From: Candidatus Poseidoniaceae archaeon
GTDB lineage: Archaea; Thermoplasmatota; Poseidoniia; Poseidoniales; Poseidoniaceae
Reading direction: 5' to 3'
DNA length: 64,000 nt
NCBI GenBank assembly: GCA_938075675.1
Contig: CALJHE010000022.1
Span: 8,135-72,134 of the forward strand
The position numbers were made by a program, and so were the translations under genes. Shown in pieces: positions 29,063-37,575 of the stretch. How positions within the stretch are numbered: the first letter of the stretch is position 1; each line of letters opens with the position of its first letter. Under the pieces are notes generated by a model that was not told the DNA's origin, searched no databases, and saw only the letters and a program-made list of their open reading frames with translations.

Positions 29063-29488
29063 TCACTGGCCAGCTTGTAATGCCGGAACCATTCGGATGT
29101 GCTGGGCAGAATCGAAATCCGCATCTGCAAGTTCGTTTGCAGCGACCATCTTGTTGTCAACGAACACCCAACTGCCTTTGGCACTGCTTGCTTGCTTGAT
29201 GAGGTCTGATTTGGTCATCTCGACAACGCTGTGTCCAGTGGCATCTGCAATTTCTACGGTGTATGTTTTCTCGTCTTTTCCGGCTTGTAGGGCAGGGACC
29301 ATTCTGATGTGCTGGGCGTCGTCAAAGTTCGTGTTCGCCAATTCATCGGCGGCAACCATCTTGTTGTCAACAAAAACCCAACTTCCTTTGGCATTGGAAG
29401 CTTGGCTAATCAGTTCGGTCTTGGTCATCTCGACAACGCTGTGTCCAGTGGCATCTGCAATCTCTACGGTGTATGTTTTTTCACTCAT
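29063..29488 (-). CDS. tandem-duplicated 70-aa ubiquitin/ThiS-like (beta-grasp) protein
   Basis: Two 70-aa units, 59/70 identical, each ending IRMVPALQAG; fold assignment is inferred. Confidence 0.7.
   Translation of the reverse strand: MSEKTYTVEIADATGHSVVEMTKTELISQASNAKGSWVFVDNKMVAADELANTNFDDAQHIRMVPALQAGKDEKTYTVEIADATGHSVVEMTKSDLIKQASSAKGSWVFVDNKMVAANELADADFDSAQHIRMVPALQAGQ
29069..29488 (-). repeat. 210-bp direct repeat x2 inside the CDS
   Basis: e.g. TTGGTCATCTCGACAACGCTGTGTCCAGTGGCATCTGCAAT at 29211 and 29421. Confidence 0.95.
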
Positions 29489-29593
29489 GGGTATCTCTCC
29501 TCGCCAGTGTAATATCTCAACTGCATATAAAGAATGCAAAAATGTGTAGAACCATACGGGTAATGTGAAAAAGAAACGCATGTGTGTGCGTGC

Positions 29594-30973
29594 ATGGAAC
29601 TGTGGCTTGTTGTCGTTCTTTTCGGAGCCTTGCTCATGTTTGGCACCGGGTTACTGGTTATGTCATTCTTGGTAACTGTTCAGCCGCAACAAATGCTTCT
29701 TGTTGCCACCCCTAAAGAACAAGTTCCAACGGTGTACCGTAGTGGCCGCAAATTTCTGTTGCCCTTCTATCACTCATATTCGGTGCTATCAATCAACCAA
29801 ATCGATTTCACGTTTCGTTCTCGAGCGAAAGCAAACACTGGAGAAGATGTCGATTTCCATGTGACTATTGGCGTTCATTCCCCCGAAGAGCAGGTGCTTT
29901 CGGGAGATGTACTCGTGAAACTCCTCGAACTTCAACAGGGTGAAGTGGAGGATTACGCCAGGCGCGCGCTTATGTTTGGTATTCAACAAACCATACGTTC
30001 GCCGAAGTACATTCCTGAATATCAGCACACTGACGGTCTGTTGATGGCTTCCATCAATAACTACTGCAGCCAAGAACTCAATAAAGTTGGGCTGTCCATG
30101 TATAAGATGCAAGTTCATACTCTATCCCCAACAATCGAAAAGGTATCTCAAAGCATTGTGGTGGCAACCCCCGAACGCCACATGACCGGCCGAATTACAC
30201 TCGTTCTAGCCGGCCATGGCACGCTGGCAAAGAGTGGGACTCCCGTTCACTACGAGTCAAAATTTCAAGTCCAGGGGGACTCAAAGGTCATAAAATCAGT
30301 TCATGACTGGGACACGCCCGCTTACAATCACCTCAAAACCATGGGCCATGATGCGTACCTCGAGCACATGAGAGAATTGATTCAGAAAGGTATTGACAAC
30401 GCCCTAGCATGGATTCCACCCGAAATATTGGACACTCCAGGGGCATGCGCTCGACCGTTTCTGGTGAATGCTGATAGGGAACTGAAAGAAGTGGCCGCTG
30501 TAGTCGTAAATTGCCAAGCGGTTATTACGAAAACTGGGGCTGAAGCTCAACATTCAAAGAAAAGGGAGAACATAGAGGTGAGGATCAATTTTGAAGACAT
30601 CCCGGAAAAACAGAACATTCCGCTCTCTATCCCAGCCGTATTCGTTGTGGGTTTCCGTGATGATACGCCCTCATCGGATGGCATGATTCAAGAACAGTTA
30701 GGGCACTCAAGAGCCAGTGTTAAACTCACTGTCGAAAGCGTGATACGTGAAAAATTCACTTTAGCCATCAGCATGACTACCGTCGAGGACATAAACAAGT
30801 CGAGGGATTGGTTTTACAGGCATTGCGAAAGGATGATCGGTGAAGGGCTGAAACCTCATGGGCTTTACTTGGTTAACATCACTGTCAATGATATCACGGA
30901 CAGCGTTGGAATCATCGATGCTATGCGCCAGCAGGCACTTGAGGAATATCGCCAACGTCAAGAAAGCCTGTAA
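29594..30973 (+). CDS. SPFH/flotillin-like membrane protein with repeated SPFH domains
   Basis: N-terminal TM; G..F.LP...Y..LS; C-terminal QNIPL.IP.VF.VG...VEDIN..RD.F......L...GL.LVN..V.DI.D..G.I.A. Confidence 0.7.
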   Translation: MELWLVVVLFGALLMFGTGLLVMSFLVTVQPQQMLLVATPKEQVPTVYRSGRKFLLPFYHSYSVLSINQIDFTFRSRAKANTGEDVDFHVTIGVHSPEEQVLSGDVLVKLLELQQGEVEDYARRALMFGIQQTIRSPKYIPEYQHTDGLLMASINNYCSQELNKVGLSMYKMQVHTLSPTIEKVSQSIVVATPERHMTGRITLVLAGHGTLAKSGTPVHYESKFQVQGDSKVIKSVHDWDTPAYNHLKTMGHDAYLEHMRELIQKGIDNALAWIPPEILDTPGACARPFLVNADRELKEVAAVVVNCQAVITKTGAEAQHSKKRENIEVRINFEDIPEKQNIPLSIPAVFVVGFRDDTPSSDGMIQEQLGHSRASVKLTVESVIREKFTLAISMTTVEDINKSRDWFYRHCERMIGEGLKPHGLYLVNITVNDITDSVGIIDAMRQQALEEYRQRQESL

Positions 30974-30990
30974 TGGATTGAGAGCGGTGC

Positions 30991-31950
30991 TCAAACCCGA
31001 GCCATTAATCCAAGTGAAAGCGGGATTGGTGACATGAAGCGGCGGTGTGTTGGGGTGTCGAGATTGCATCTGCGAATGTGATGCTGAAGTAAAGTAAGAG
31101 GGGCTGAGCGTGGAAGCAATCCTTGGCGGAAGTCATGGATGACTTCGAGCACTTCTTGACGCTCCATTTTGCTCAGATTGTGAGATAATTTACCGAGGAC
31201 CCGTTCCATTGCGTGGGCAATAGGGCCACTTTTGGTCAGGACATTGAGGGATTTTTGGGCCTCAGTCATGTAAGCAAGTGCAACGGTTTCTGCCCGGTCG
31301 CCGTTGTCGAACCCTTCGGCGATGAGGCGTCCAAGACGACGTTTGGCATCGGGTGAGCGGCTGAGCAAGAAGAGTTTGTTTGTGTTGTGAAACTGCATCA
31401 AAGCTTTGGCAGTCCAACCGTTCAAACCTTCTTCTCGCCACAGTGAGAAGAAATGAACACGAGCCAAGTAATGCTCAGCCTGACGAGCATCGGTAAGGCG
31501 GCCTTCCTCAATGACTGGGATGTGCGGATAGAGCGTCGTGAATACTTTGGCAAACATGCCTCTACCGTCACGTGTTGCGTGAACATGCCCTTCGCGGTAT
31601 ACTTTGACTCGTTCTAATCCACAACTTGGGGAATCTTTCTTGAAAACAAAGCCGCATATTCCGGATTCAACCAACGCATCTGCTTGCAGTTGAGCATACT
31701 CTAGCATCCGGTCTGTGAAGTCATCTCCGTTCTTGGGGTTCACGAGTCGAATGGAATTGCCGTCGTTCACCAAACGTATGGTTGGTCGTGGAACACCCAT
31801 ACCAATTCCGACCTCAGGACAGACGCCCACGAGATCGAAGTGCCCGTTCCATTTGCGCGTGAGTGCACGAAACTCAGCAGCGTCTCCGTTGTAACGTACC
31901 TTTTGCCCTAGGAGGCAAGATGAAACAGCGAGTCTGGGTTTGGTGACCAT
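30991..31950 (-). CDS. DUF523 + DUF1722 (YbgA/YbbK-like) protein
   Basis: SSCLLG..VRYNG, VCPEVGIGMGVPRPT, FKKDSPSCG, PVIEEGRL, L.QFH..NKL.LL. Confidence 0.9.
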   Translation of the reverse strand: MVTKPRLAVSSCLLGQKVRYNGDAAEFRALTRKWNGHFDLVGVCPEVGIGMGVPRPTIRLVNDGNSIRLVNPKNGDDFTDRMLEYAQLQADALVESGICGFVFKKDSPSCGLERVKVYREGHVHATRDGRGMFAKVFTTLYPHIPVIEEGRLTDARQAEHYLARVHFFSLWREEGLNGWTAKALMQFHNTNKLFLLSRSPDAKRRLGRLIAEGFDNGDRAETVALAYMTEAQKSLNVLTKSGPIAHAMERVLGKLSHNLSKMERQEVLEVIHDFRQGLLPRSAPLTLLQHHIRRCNLDTPTHRRFMSPIPLSLGLMARV

Positions 31951-32012
31951 GTTCGTTTGTTTTCAAGTGAGTATATCAAACACTGTTTGACAACACGGAT
32001 GAGAAAGGTAGG

Positions 32013-32084
32013 CGCCCACTCCGAGAATTGAACTCGGGTCGCAGGAATGACAATCCTGCATGATAACCTCTACACCAAGCGGGC
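32013..32084 (-). tRNA. tRNA-Asp(GTC)
   Basis: Reverse complement GCCCGCT..CAGGA TT GTC AT TCCTG..GAGTTCAATTCTC..AGTGGGC G. Confidence 0.95.
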
Positions 32085-32152
32085 CTAAGCAAGTCATCCG
32101 TTACGCAACCGCTATTTAAGCCGCGCCATGTGGCCAGTATGGGGCGTAATTG

Positions 32153-33601
32153 ATGGCGGGAAAAAAAACATCTGCTGAACAATCAAAAGAAGAACAAAAA
32201 GATGCGCATGTCGGAAATCTCCTTAATGCAGCGTTTGGTGATCTCGGTGGATTACAAAAAAATGAGGAGGAATCGACTCCTACGCCGGAAAAGGTGGCTG
32301 AAGAAGCACAGGCCACTCCTCAACCCTCGAAGCCAAGTGGGCCGCCGCCCGGACCATCGGCAAAACCCCCCTCCAGTCCTCCGTCTGGTCCTCCGTCTGG
32401 TCCCCCATCTGGCCCTCCGTCTGGTCCCCCCTCAGGGCCGCCATCCAAAACTCCGGATGCCGACGAAGAAGAGGTGCAACATGTTGAGGATACATCTGCC
32501 ATCTCAAAACCCCCATCTGGTCCACCTTCCGGTCCACCGTCTGGTCCACCTTCCGGTCCACCGTCTGGCCCACCTTCCAGTCCTCCATCTACATCCAACG
32601 ATGAAACAAATGAAGTGATTCCAGATTCGGAAAAAGCAGATGAACAAACGTTAGAACCGGCTCCTCCAATCGTGGAGCCTTCAGAACCTGTCGAAGAAGT
32701 TCCAGAAGAAAGTACAGAGAGTGTTGATGAAGATGTTTCAGAACCCGAAGCAACGCCGGACATAGAGGCCCATCAACCTGTTCAAAGCGCACCTGAACCT
32801 GTTGCTGAATCGGTTGTGGAAGAACCCCCACAAGATGCCGTTGAACCTCAAAATGATGACCTGCAAGCACAGGCTGAACTGGAAATTGCTCGGCTTAATG
32901 CCGAAGTCGAACGGTTACGAATGTCAATGGCTGGAGCGGTTGATGTCATTGAAGAACTGGAAACTCCACCTATGCCTCCTGCTGTCATAGAAGATATCAT
33001 CATCGGCGCTCACATGGTAAGCGACTTTGCACGTCTTGCTCGTCAGTTGGACAGAGAACAACTCATTCGAGCGACAATGGGCACTATTGCAATGTTGCAT
33101 CCTGATAACCTTGGCATTATGGTCTCAACACGAAACAGAGTACTTCTGCCACGGCTCGACGAACGTGGATTGTGTGCGGGATTCCTTGGAAAAGAGGCCC
33201 CTCGAGGTGCACCTGCTGACTGGAGGACATTGGAAGTGATTCTAGCTCTGGCAAGCAGTGCGGTAACTGGCGGCCCTGCTGCAGTCATCCACTCACATGG
33301 CCCTTACACGACCGCTGCAAGCTGTGAAAAAGACCTCGTTTTGGTTCAACCAATTGACAAGATTGGAAAAGAACAGATTGGAAATGTCATTATCGTCGAT
33401 CCGGACGAAGACGACCCTGCTCATTTCTTGAAACAAATTACTGAAGCGCTGTATCAAGGCGGTATGCGCTGTGTAGTCGTGCGTGGAATGGGTGCTTATG
33501 CGGTCGGAGCGAATCTTGACCAAGCTTGGGCAAACGCTGCCATGCTTGAGCATAGCATGAGAATCGTATTACTTGCAAGGCAAGCAAACCTGAAAACCTG
33601 A
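32153..33601 (+). CDS. class II aldolase/adducin-family domain with a long Pro-rich acidic N-terminus
   Basis: C-terminal AVIHSHGPY..A, VVVRGMG.YAVG..L..A......LEHS; PPSG repeats near the N-terminus. Confidence 0.75.
   Translation: MAGKKTSAEQSKEEQKDAHVGNLLNAAFGDLGGLQKNEEESTPTPEKVAEEAQATPQPSKPSGPPPGPSAKPPSSPPSGPPSGPPSGPPSGPPSGPPSKTPDADEEEVQHVEDTSAISKPPSGPPSGPPSGPPSGPPSGPPSSPPSTSNDETNEVIPDSEKADEQTLEPAPPIVEPSEPVEEVPEESTESVDEDVSEPEATPDIEAHQPVQSAPEPVAESVVEEPPQDAVEPQNDDLQAQAELEIARLNAEVERLRMSMAGAVDVIEELETPPMPPAVIEDIIIGAHMVSDFARLARQLDREQLIRATMGTIAMLHPDNLGIMVSTRNRVLLPRLDERGLCAGFLGKEAPRGAPADWRTLEVILALASSAVTGGPAAVIHSHGPYTTAASCEKDLVLVQPIDKIGKEQIGNVIIVDPDEDDPAHFLKQITEALYQGGMRCVVVRGMGAYAVGANLDQAWANAAMLEHSMRIVLLARQANLKT
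32331..32590 (+). repeat. two blocks of 12-bp PPSG coding repeats
   Basis: CCTCCGTCTGGT / CCACCTTCCGGT units at about 32331-32449 and 32510-32590. Confidence 0.85.
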
Positions 33602-33603
33602 GT

Positions 33604-33960
33604 TCAAATCTCGATTTGAACGTAATCTCCCTCGACTCGTGTTTCGTAGATTTTCAAATTCTTTTGTTTGGATAGTTTACCAAGCATTTTACCGTACGGT
33701 GGGAAAAGTGGAAACGGTGACCATTCGGTTACCTCCCCATCATCGATTTGATATGTCGTTTGGTGCAGTGGGCAACGGATACATCCGTCTTCGATTTTAG
33801 CACCCCAGGCAAGAGGCCACCGCATGTGCCGGCACAGCCCCTCTGTTGCAAAGTAATCGTCACCAATTTGGCCAACCATGACTGTTTTGACACCGAATGT
33901 TACCATCTTCGTTTTACCAGGCTTCAGTCGCTTCGTCTTTACCGCATTCTTCCATTCCAT
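33604..33960 (-). CDS. Rieske 2Fe-2S ferredoxin
   Basis: CRH...L..G and CPLH ligand motifs. Confidence 0.9.
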   Translation of the reverse strand: MEWKNAVKTKRLKPGKTKMVTFGVKTVMVGQIGDDYFATEGLCRHMRWPLAWGAKIEDGCIRCPLHQTTYQIDDGEVTEWSPFPLFPPYGKMLGKLSKQKNLKIYETRVEGDYVQIEI

Positions 33961-33964
33961 TATC

Positions 33965-34696
33965 TCACCCACTGATTTGGCTCATTCCGCCATCGAGATG
34001 GAAGACTTGGCCTGTGATGTTGTCCGGTGCATCGCACAGCAACCACTGCATTGTTGCGGCTACTTCTTGTTTCTGATTGATTCTCTTCAGAGGGATTTTA
34101 CTTACGGCTGCTTCTCTCATCGCATCTGAACGAAGTAACGTTGCTGCTAACCTCGTTTCGGTAAGACCGGGTGCAACGACATTCAAGCGAATTCCTCGCT
34201 GGCTGTAGGTCGCTGCAGCAGATCGCACCATTGCCTCAATCCCACCCTTTGCAGCTGCAATGGCTTCATGGTTCATCAGTCCAAGCGTTGCTGCAACACT
34301 GGACGTGAAGACGAGTCTTCCTCCACCGCTTCGTAACATGGTTTTACAAGCAACTGATAGCGTCAAAAAGGCACTCGAGAGATTGGTGTGAATGACTTCC
34401 TCGAAAGCGTCGAGAGCGAGCGCATGTGGTGGGCGAATCACAAGCGAGCCAACCAGATGAGCAACGCCAGTAATCGTGCCATCGCCTGCTTCTTTGGCCT
34501 TATCGACTGCCGATTGAACTGCATCCTTATCCAACGCATCACCGTGGATCAAATGGGCTCCTTGTTCGACGAGCGATTGAACTCGATTCGTGTCTCGTGC
34601 TAAAAGGGTAAGATTGTGTCCCAGTTCCAAAAGATTCTGCCCGAGTTCGAGAGCGATATCGCTGCTAGCACCTATGATGAGAAATGACTGGCTCAT
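33965..34696 (-). CDS. SDR family oxidoreductase
   Basis: IIGASSDI, N..S, SSVAA, AAAKGG, GIRLNVVAPG, ITGQV..LDGG; the usual catalytic Tyr position is Ile. Confidence 0.88.
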   Translation of the reverse strand: MSQSFLIIGASSDIALELGQNLLELGHNLTLLARDTNRVQSLVEQGAHLIHGDALDKDAVQSAVDKAKEAGDGTITGVAHLVGSLVIRPPHALALDAFEEVIHTNLSSAFLTLSVACKTMLRSGGGRLVFTSSVAATLGLMNHEAIAAAKGGIEAMVRSAAATYSQRGIRLNVVAPGLTETRLAATLLRSDAMREAAVSKIPLKRINQKQEVAATMQWLLCDAPDNITGQVFHLDGGMSQISG

Positions 34697-34802
34697 GCTA
34701 CAAAATTCATGAGTGTGCATTTATACTTCTGTTTTCATGAATATTGTTTTTCTAAACCAGACGAGTTGTTCCTAAAAGCAGCACAGAGGTGCAGTATTGG
34801 TT

Positions 34803-35441
34803 TCACAGTCCTTTAGGAGTACGCCATGGAGAATCTTCAAGCAGCGCCAAATCATCTTCTGGCATTCCAACTCTCATGCGCGAAAAGGGGACTTGGGTCG
34901 ATGATTTGGGTGCATTTGCTTTTTTCTTAGCAAAGTATTCTCCACCTTTCTTACGAACAATCGTTTCACCGACTGCAAACAAGATCAACATCGATGAGAG
35001 AAGGATATGCCCCTCAAGTGAATACGCAGCGAAGGGCTGAATGTAGAGGGTTTGTTGAGTAAGAATGCCCGGGTCAGCATTCGTTTTCACGATGTACGTT
35101 CCAGGCGTGAGTTCGCCGTTCCAATCCGGCGTTGCATCACCCAGTTCGCCAGCCCATTGTGCAACAACCTGCCCTTGATTATCGATGATTTCCCAACCAA
35201 TGGAGCCGTCGTCCACGGAGAGCGCTTCAAATTCGAATTCAAAAGACGAAGGCATGGACTTGTCTTGCCCAAAAACGCCACCGAGAGTAACGGTTCTGTC
35301 TTCGATGGCGTGGTCGTAATCATTGATTTCATACGGCGCTGCATTATCGGAAATACCACCCCAAAGGGAATTGACAAGCAACAGGGCAATAGGCCACAAA
35401 ATTGTGTTAAGACGTGCCCTGTCCATATCTGCTGATTCCAC
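34803..35441 (-). CDS. membrane-anchored hypothetical protein
   Basis: N-terminal TM, beta-rich domain, second TM; start uncertain. Confidence 0.65.
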   Translation of the reverse strand: MESADMDRARLNTILWPIALLLVNSLWGGISDNAAPYEINDYDHAIEDRTVTLGGVFGQDKSMPSSFEFEFEALSVDDGSIGWEIIDNQGQVVAQWAGELGDATPDWNGELTPGTYIVKTNADPGILTQQTLYIQPFAAYSLEGHILLSSMLILFAVGETIVRKKGGEYFAKKKANAPKSSTQVPFSRMRVGMPEDDLALLEDSPWRTPKGL

Positions 35442-35464
35442 TAATAGGTTTTAGCAGTATGTTT

Positions 35465-36214
35465 TCAACTGCGTATCGAATTTCCAAATCCTAACTCGGT
35501 TACGATGCGTCTCATCCATTCGAGTTTCTGCATCTTGATTGAGGGCGTTGTCGTTGCAGACCAAACCCCAACCTTCTGCGTTGAAAAGCCAATTAGCTCA
35601 ATGTTTTCAGGAGTCACCCCCATCGACAAAACGAAGCACAATGCTCGGTCACCGTCCGTAAATCCTCCAAAATTATACACTCCAGTGAGTTCTTTGGTAA
35701 CTTGGTGAGAAAGAACAAGTGAAGGCGGGGTTGAATGTTCTTGCCACCTCTGAAGTATTCCGCTCCATCGATTCATGTTATCGCCGTGAGCATGAGCAAG
35801 AATGGTCTGACCTGCTTCTGCAGCTCGGTCAAGGTGTTCGGCACCATCGAAATCTGAGACCACACATGCTAGGCGATCGTAGGTCTCAAGCACACCCACC
35901 GCTCCATCAGCGGCGACAAATACAACTTGTGTGCCCTCGAATCTTCGAAGTTCAGAGGGTTCGACTGCTGCTCCAAGAAGAACGACTCGCTCAGCGTTAA
36001 CCAGTTCATTGCGAAGCCGTGTAAGCGTCAACTCTCTCATTACGGGTGACCAGAGAGAATGTTTTGCCAAAGAGTGTTGCAAAAGCTCAGCACTTTCAAC
36101 ATCATCATCCTCGGACCACCCAAACGCTTCCCGCACTTCAGACTGGACTGAGAAAACACTCGGTATGGGGGCCAGGTGCATGCACTGTGCAACGCCTTCG
36201 CCCACATGAACCAT
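35465..36214 (-). CDS. mptE: 6-hydroxymethyl-7,8-dihydropterin pyrophosphokinase MptE-like (DUF115)
   Basis: VAADGA, VVSDFDG, HAHGDN, NFGGFTDGDRA, K..KL.W. Confidence 0.8.
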   Translation of the reverse strand: MVHVGEGVAQCMHLAPIPSVFSVQSEVREAFGWSEDDDVESAELLQHSLAKHSLWSPVMRELTLTRLRNELVNAERVVLLGAAVEPSELRRFEGTQVVFVAADGAVGVLETYDRLACVVSDFDGAEHLDRAAEAGQTILAHAHGDNMNRWSGILQRWQEHSTPPSLVLSHQVTKELTGVYNFGGFTDGDRALCFVLSMGVTPENIELIGFSTQKVGVWSATTTPSIKMQKLEWMRRIVTELGFGNSIRS

Positions 36215-36257
36215 CCGTTCACTTTGTTGAAGTTCTTATGCAGTTGAAGCACGTGGG

Positions 36258-37514
36258 ATGGACATGCCCGTCCCAAGAACGCTCCCCGCGCTCGTGGACG
36301 AGGTGACGTTTGCTCGCTACCCTTTTCTACCGCAAGCAGGCGATTGGATACGAGGGATGGCCGTTCAACACGGCATCGATTTGGACGAATTACTCGATGG
36401 CGCTTGGATGGAAAAAGCCCGTTCTCGTGCGCGAATCCGCCTCATTGATTCCATACAGTCTAAGGAAGGTGTTGAGGTCGTAGGTGGAGACTTATTCACA
36501 GAAGAAGGGCGAATCATTGAAGCATTCTCATTCTATTACGCTCGCTTAGTGGTTTGTGCTTCTGAAGACGAGCGTTTGATTGCTCGATGGGCGCAAGCAG
36601 AGGCTGCCCGGGCCGAACAAGTGCTCATCAAAGACCACAAAAATCTCGATGTCATCGCTCGAACATACATCGCCAATATCCAGCGAACTGAAAGTCAAAG
36701 TCCATCAGCAATTGCAGGCCCTTCACAAAATTATGGAGGGGCACTGCAACAACAACGTCGCTCCTCCACAGGGCCGCTGTGGAAAATTGGGTTGAGTGAC
36801 TTTATCGAAATCTGTCCCAAGATTACCGGTTCTCGTTGGAGACTCCCAAACTGCGATGTTCGCGATGGATGGGTTACTCTTTTCGAAGAGCCCCAGTACG
36901 GCTCTTCAGCGAAACTTTCTCGACTGCTTCGTGAACGAATAAAGGCAGGCGTTGAGCAAGAGGCTTTGGAAAAAATGGGCGAAATCACCATGGATTTAGC
37001 GGTACGACTGGCTGAGCCGGTTGGCATGGTTCGTAATTTAATGGCGAACAAGGCAACTGAAGCAATTGCATTGGTGGGCGCCGATGAAACCGATTGGCCG
37101 CCATGCATGAGAAAAGCAGTGGCTGAGTTGGCGAACGGCGTCAACTTGAACCATTTCGGGCGCCTCTTCCTCGCATCAATGGCTGCGACTCTTGCGCTTC
37201 CCAAAGAATCGTGTGTGGCCTTCTTTAGGGGCGCTCCCGACTTCAGCGAAAGTACAACATCATACCAAGTTGACCACGTCTATCAACATGCATACACCCC
37301 TTCTGGGTGTGGCAAACTCAAGGTAAACCACAACTGCCCCGTTCTTCCTGGAGACGACCGGTTGTGTGACCAGCCTTGGCTCGATCATCCACTCAAGTAC
37401 ATTCGAGCAACTCAGCGCTGGAAAGCCAAAAATAAGCAGGCTGAGGCACAAGCAATTGCTCTTGTCAGCAATCAAAATGGGTCCGAAGATAAGGCTGAAG
37501 ATTCATCTGAATAA
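36258..37514 (+). CDS. priL: DNA primase large subunit
   Basis: ARYPFL, WPPCM, NLNHFGR, PDF....T.YQV.H, Y.P..C.KL....C, HPL.Y. Confidence 0.93.
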   Translation: MDMPVPRTLPALVDEVTFARYPFLPQAGDWIRGMAVQHGIDLDELLDGAWMEKARSRARIRLIDSIQSKEGVEVVGGDLFTEEGRIIEAFSFYYARLVVCASEDERLIARWAQAEAARAEQVLIKDHKNLDVIARTYIANIQRTESQSPSAIAGPSQNYGGALQQQRRSSTGPLWKIGLSDFIEICPKITGSRWRLPNCDVRDGWVTLFEEPQYGSSAKLSRLLRERIKAGVEQEALEKMGEITMDLAVRLAEPVGMVRNLMANKATEAIALVGADETDWPPCMRKAVAELANGVNLNHFGRLFLASMAATLALPKESCVAFFRGAPDFSESTTSYQVDHVYQHAYTPSGCGKLKVNHNCPVLPGDDRLCDQPWLDHPLKYIRATQRWKAKNKQAEAQAIALVSNQNGSEDKAEDSSE

Positions 37515-37575
37515 TGGGCATTCGCGCGAAGACTTTGAAACATGTGAGTGGTTAGCATCTACCAACCACCGGTGA

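Noticed and set aside
27528-32084. Integrated element bounded by tRNA-Arg and tRNA-Asp
   Set aside because: Contains core genes (rpoP, RFC-like); no integrase or att repeat seen
32202-32870. Repeat-rich alternative-frame ORFs (GGPD, LRLV, QTED repeats)
   Set aside because: Shadows of the PPSG repeats in the + strand gene
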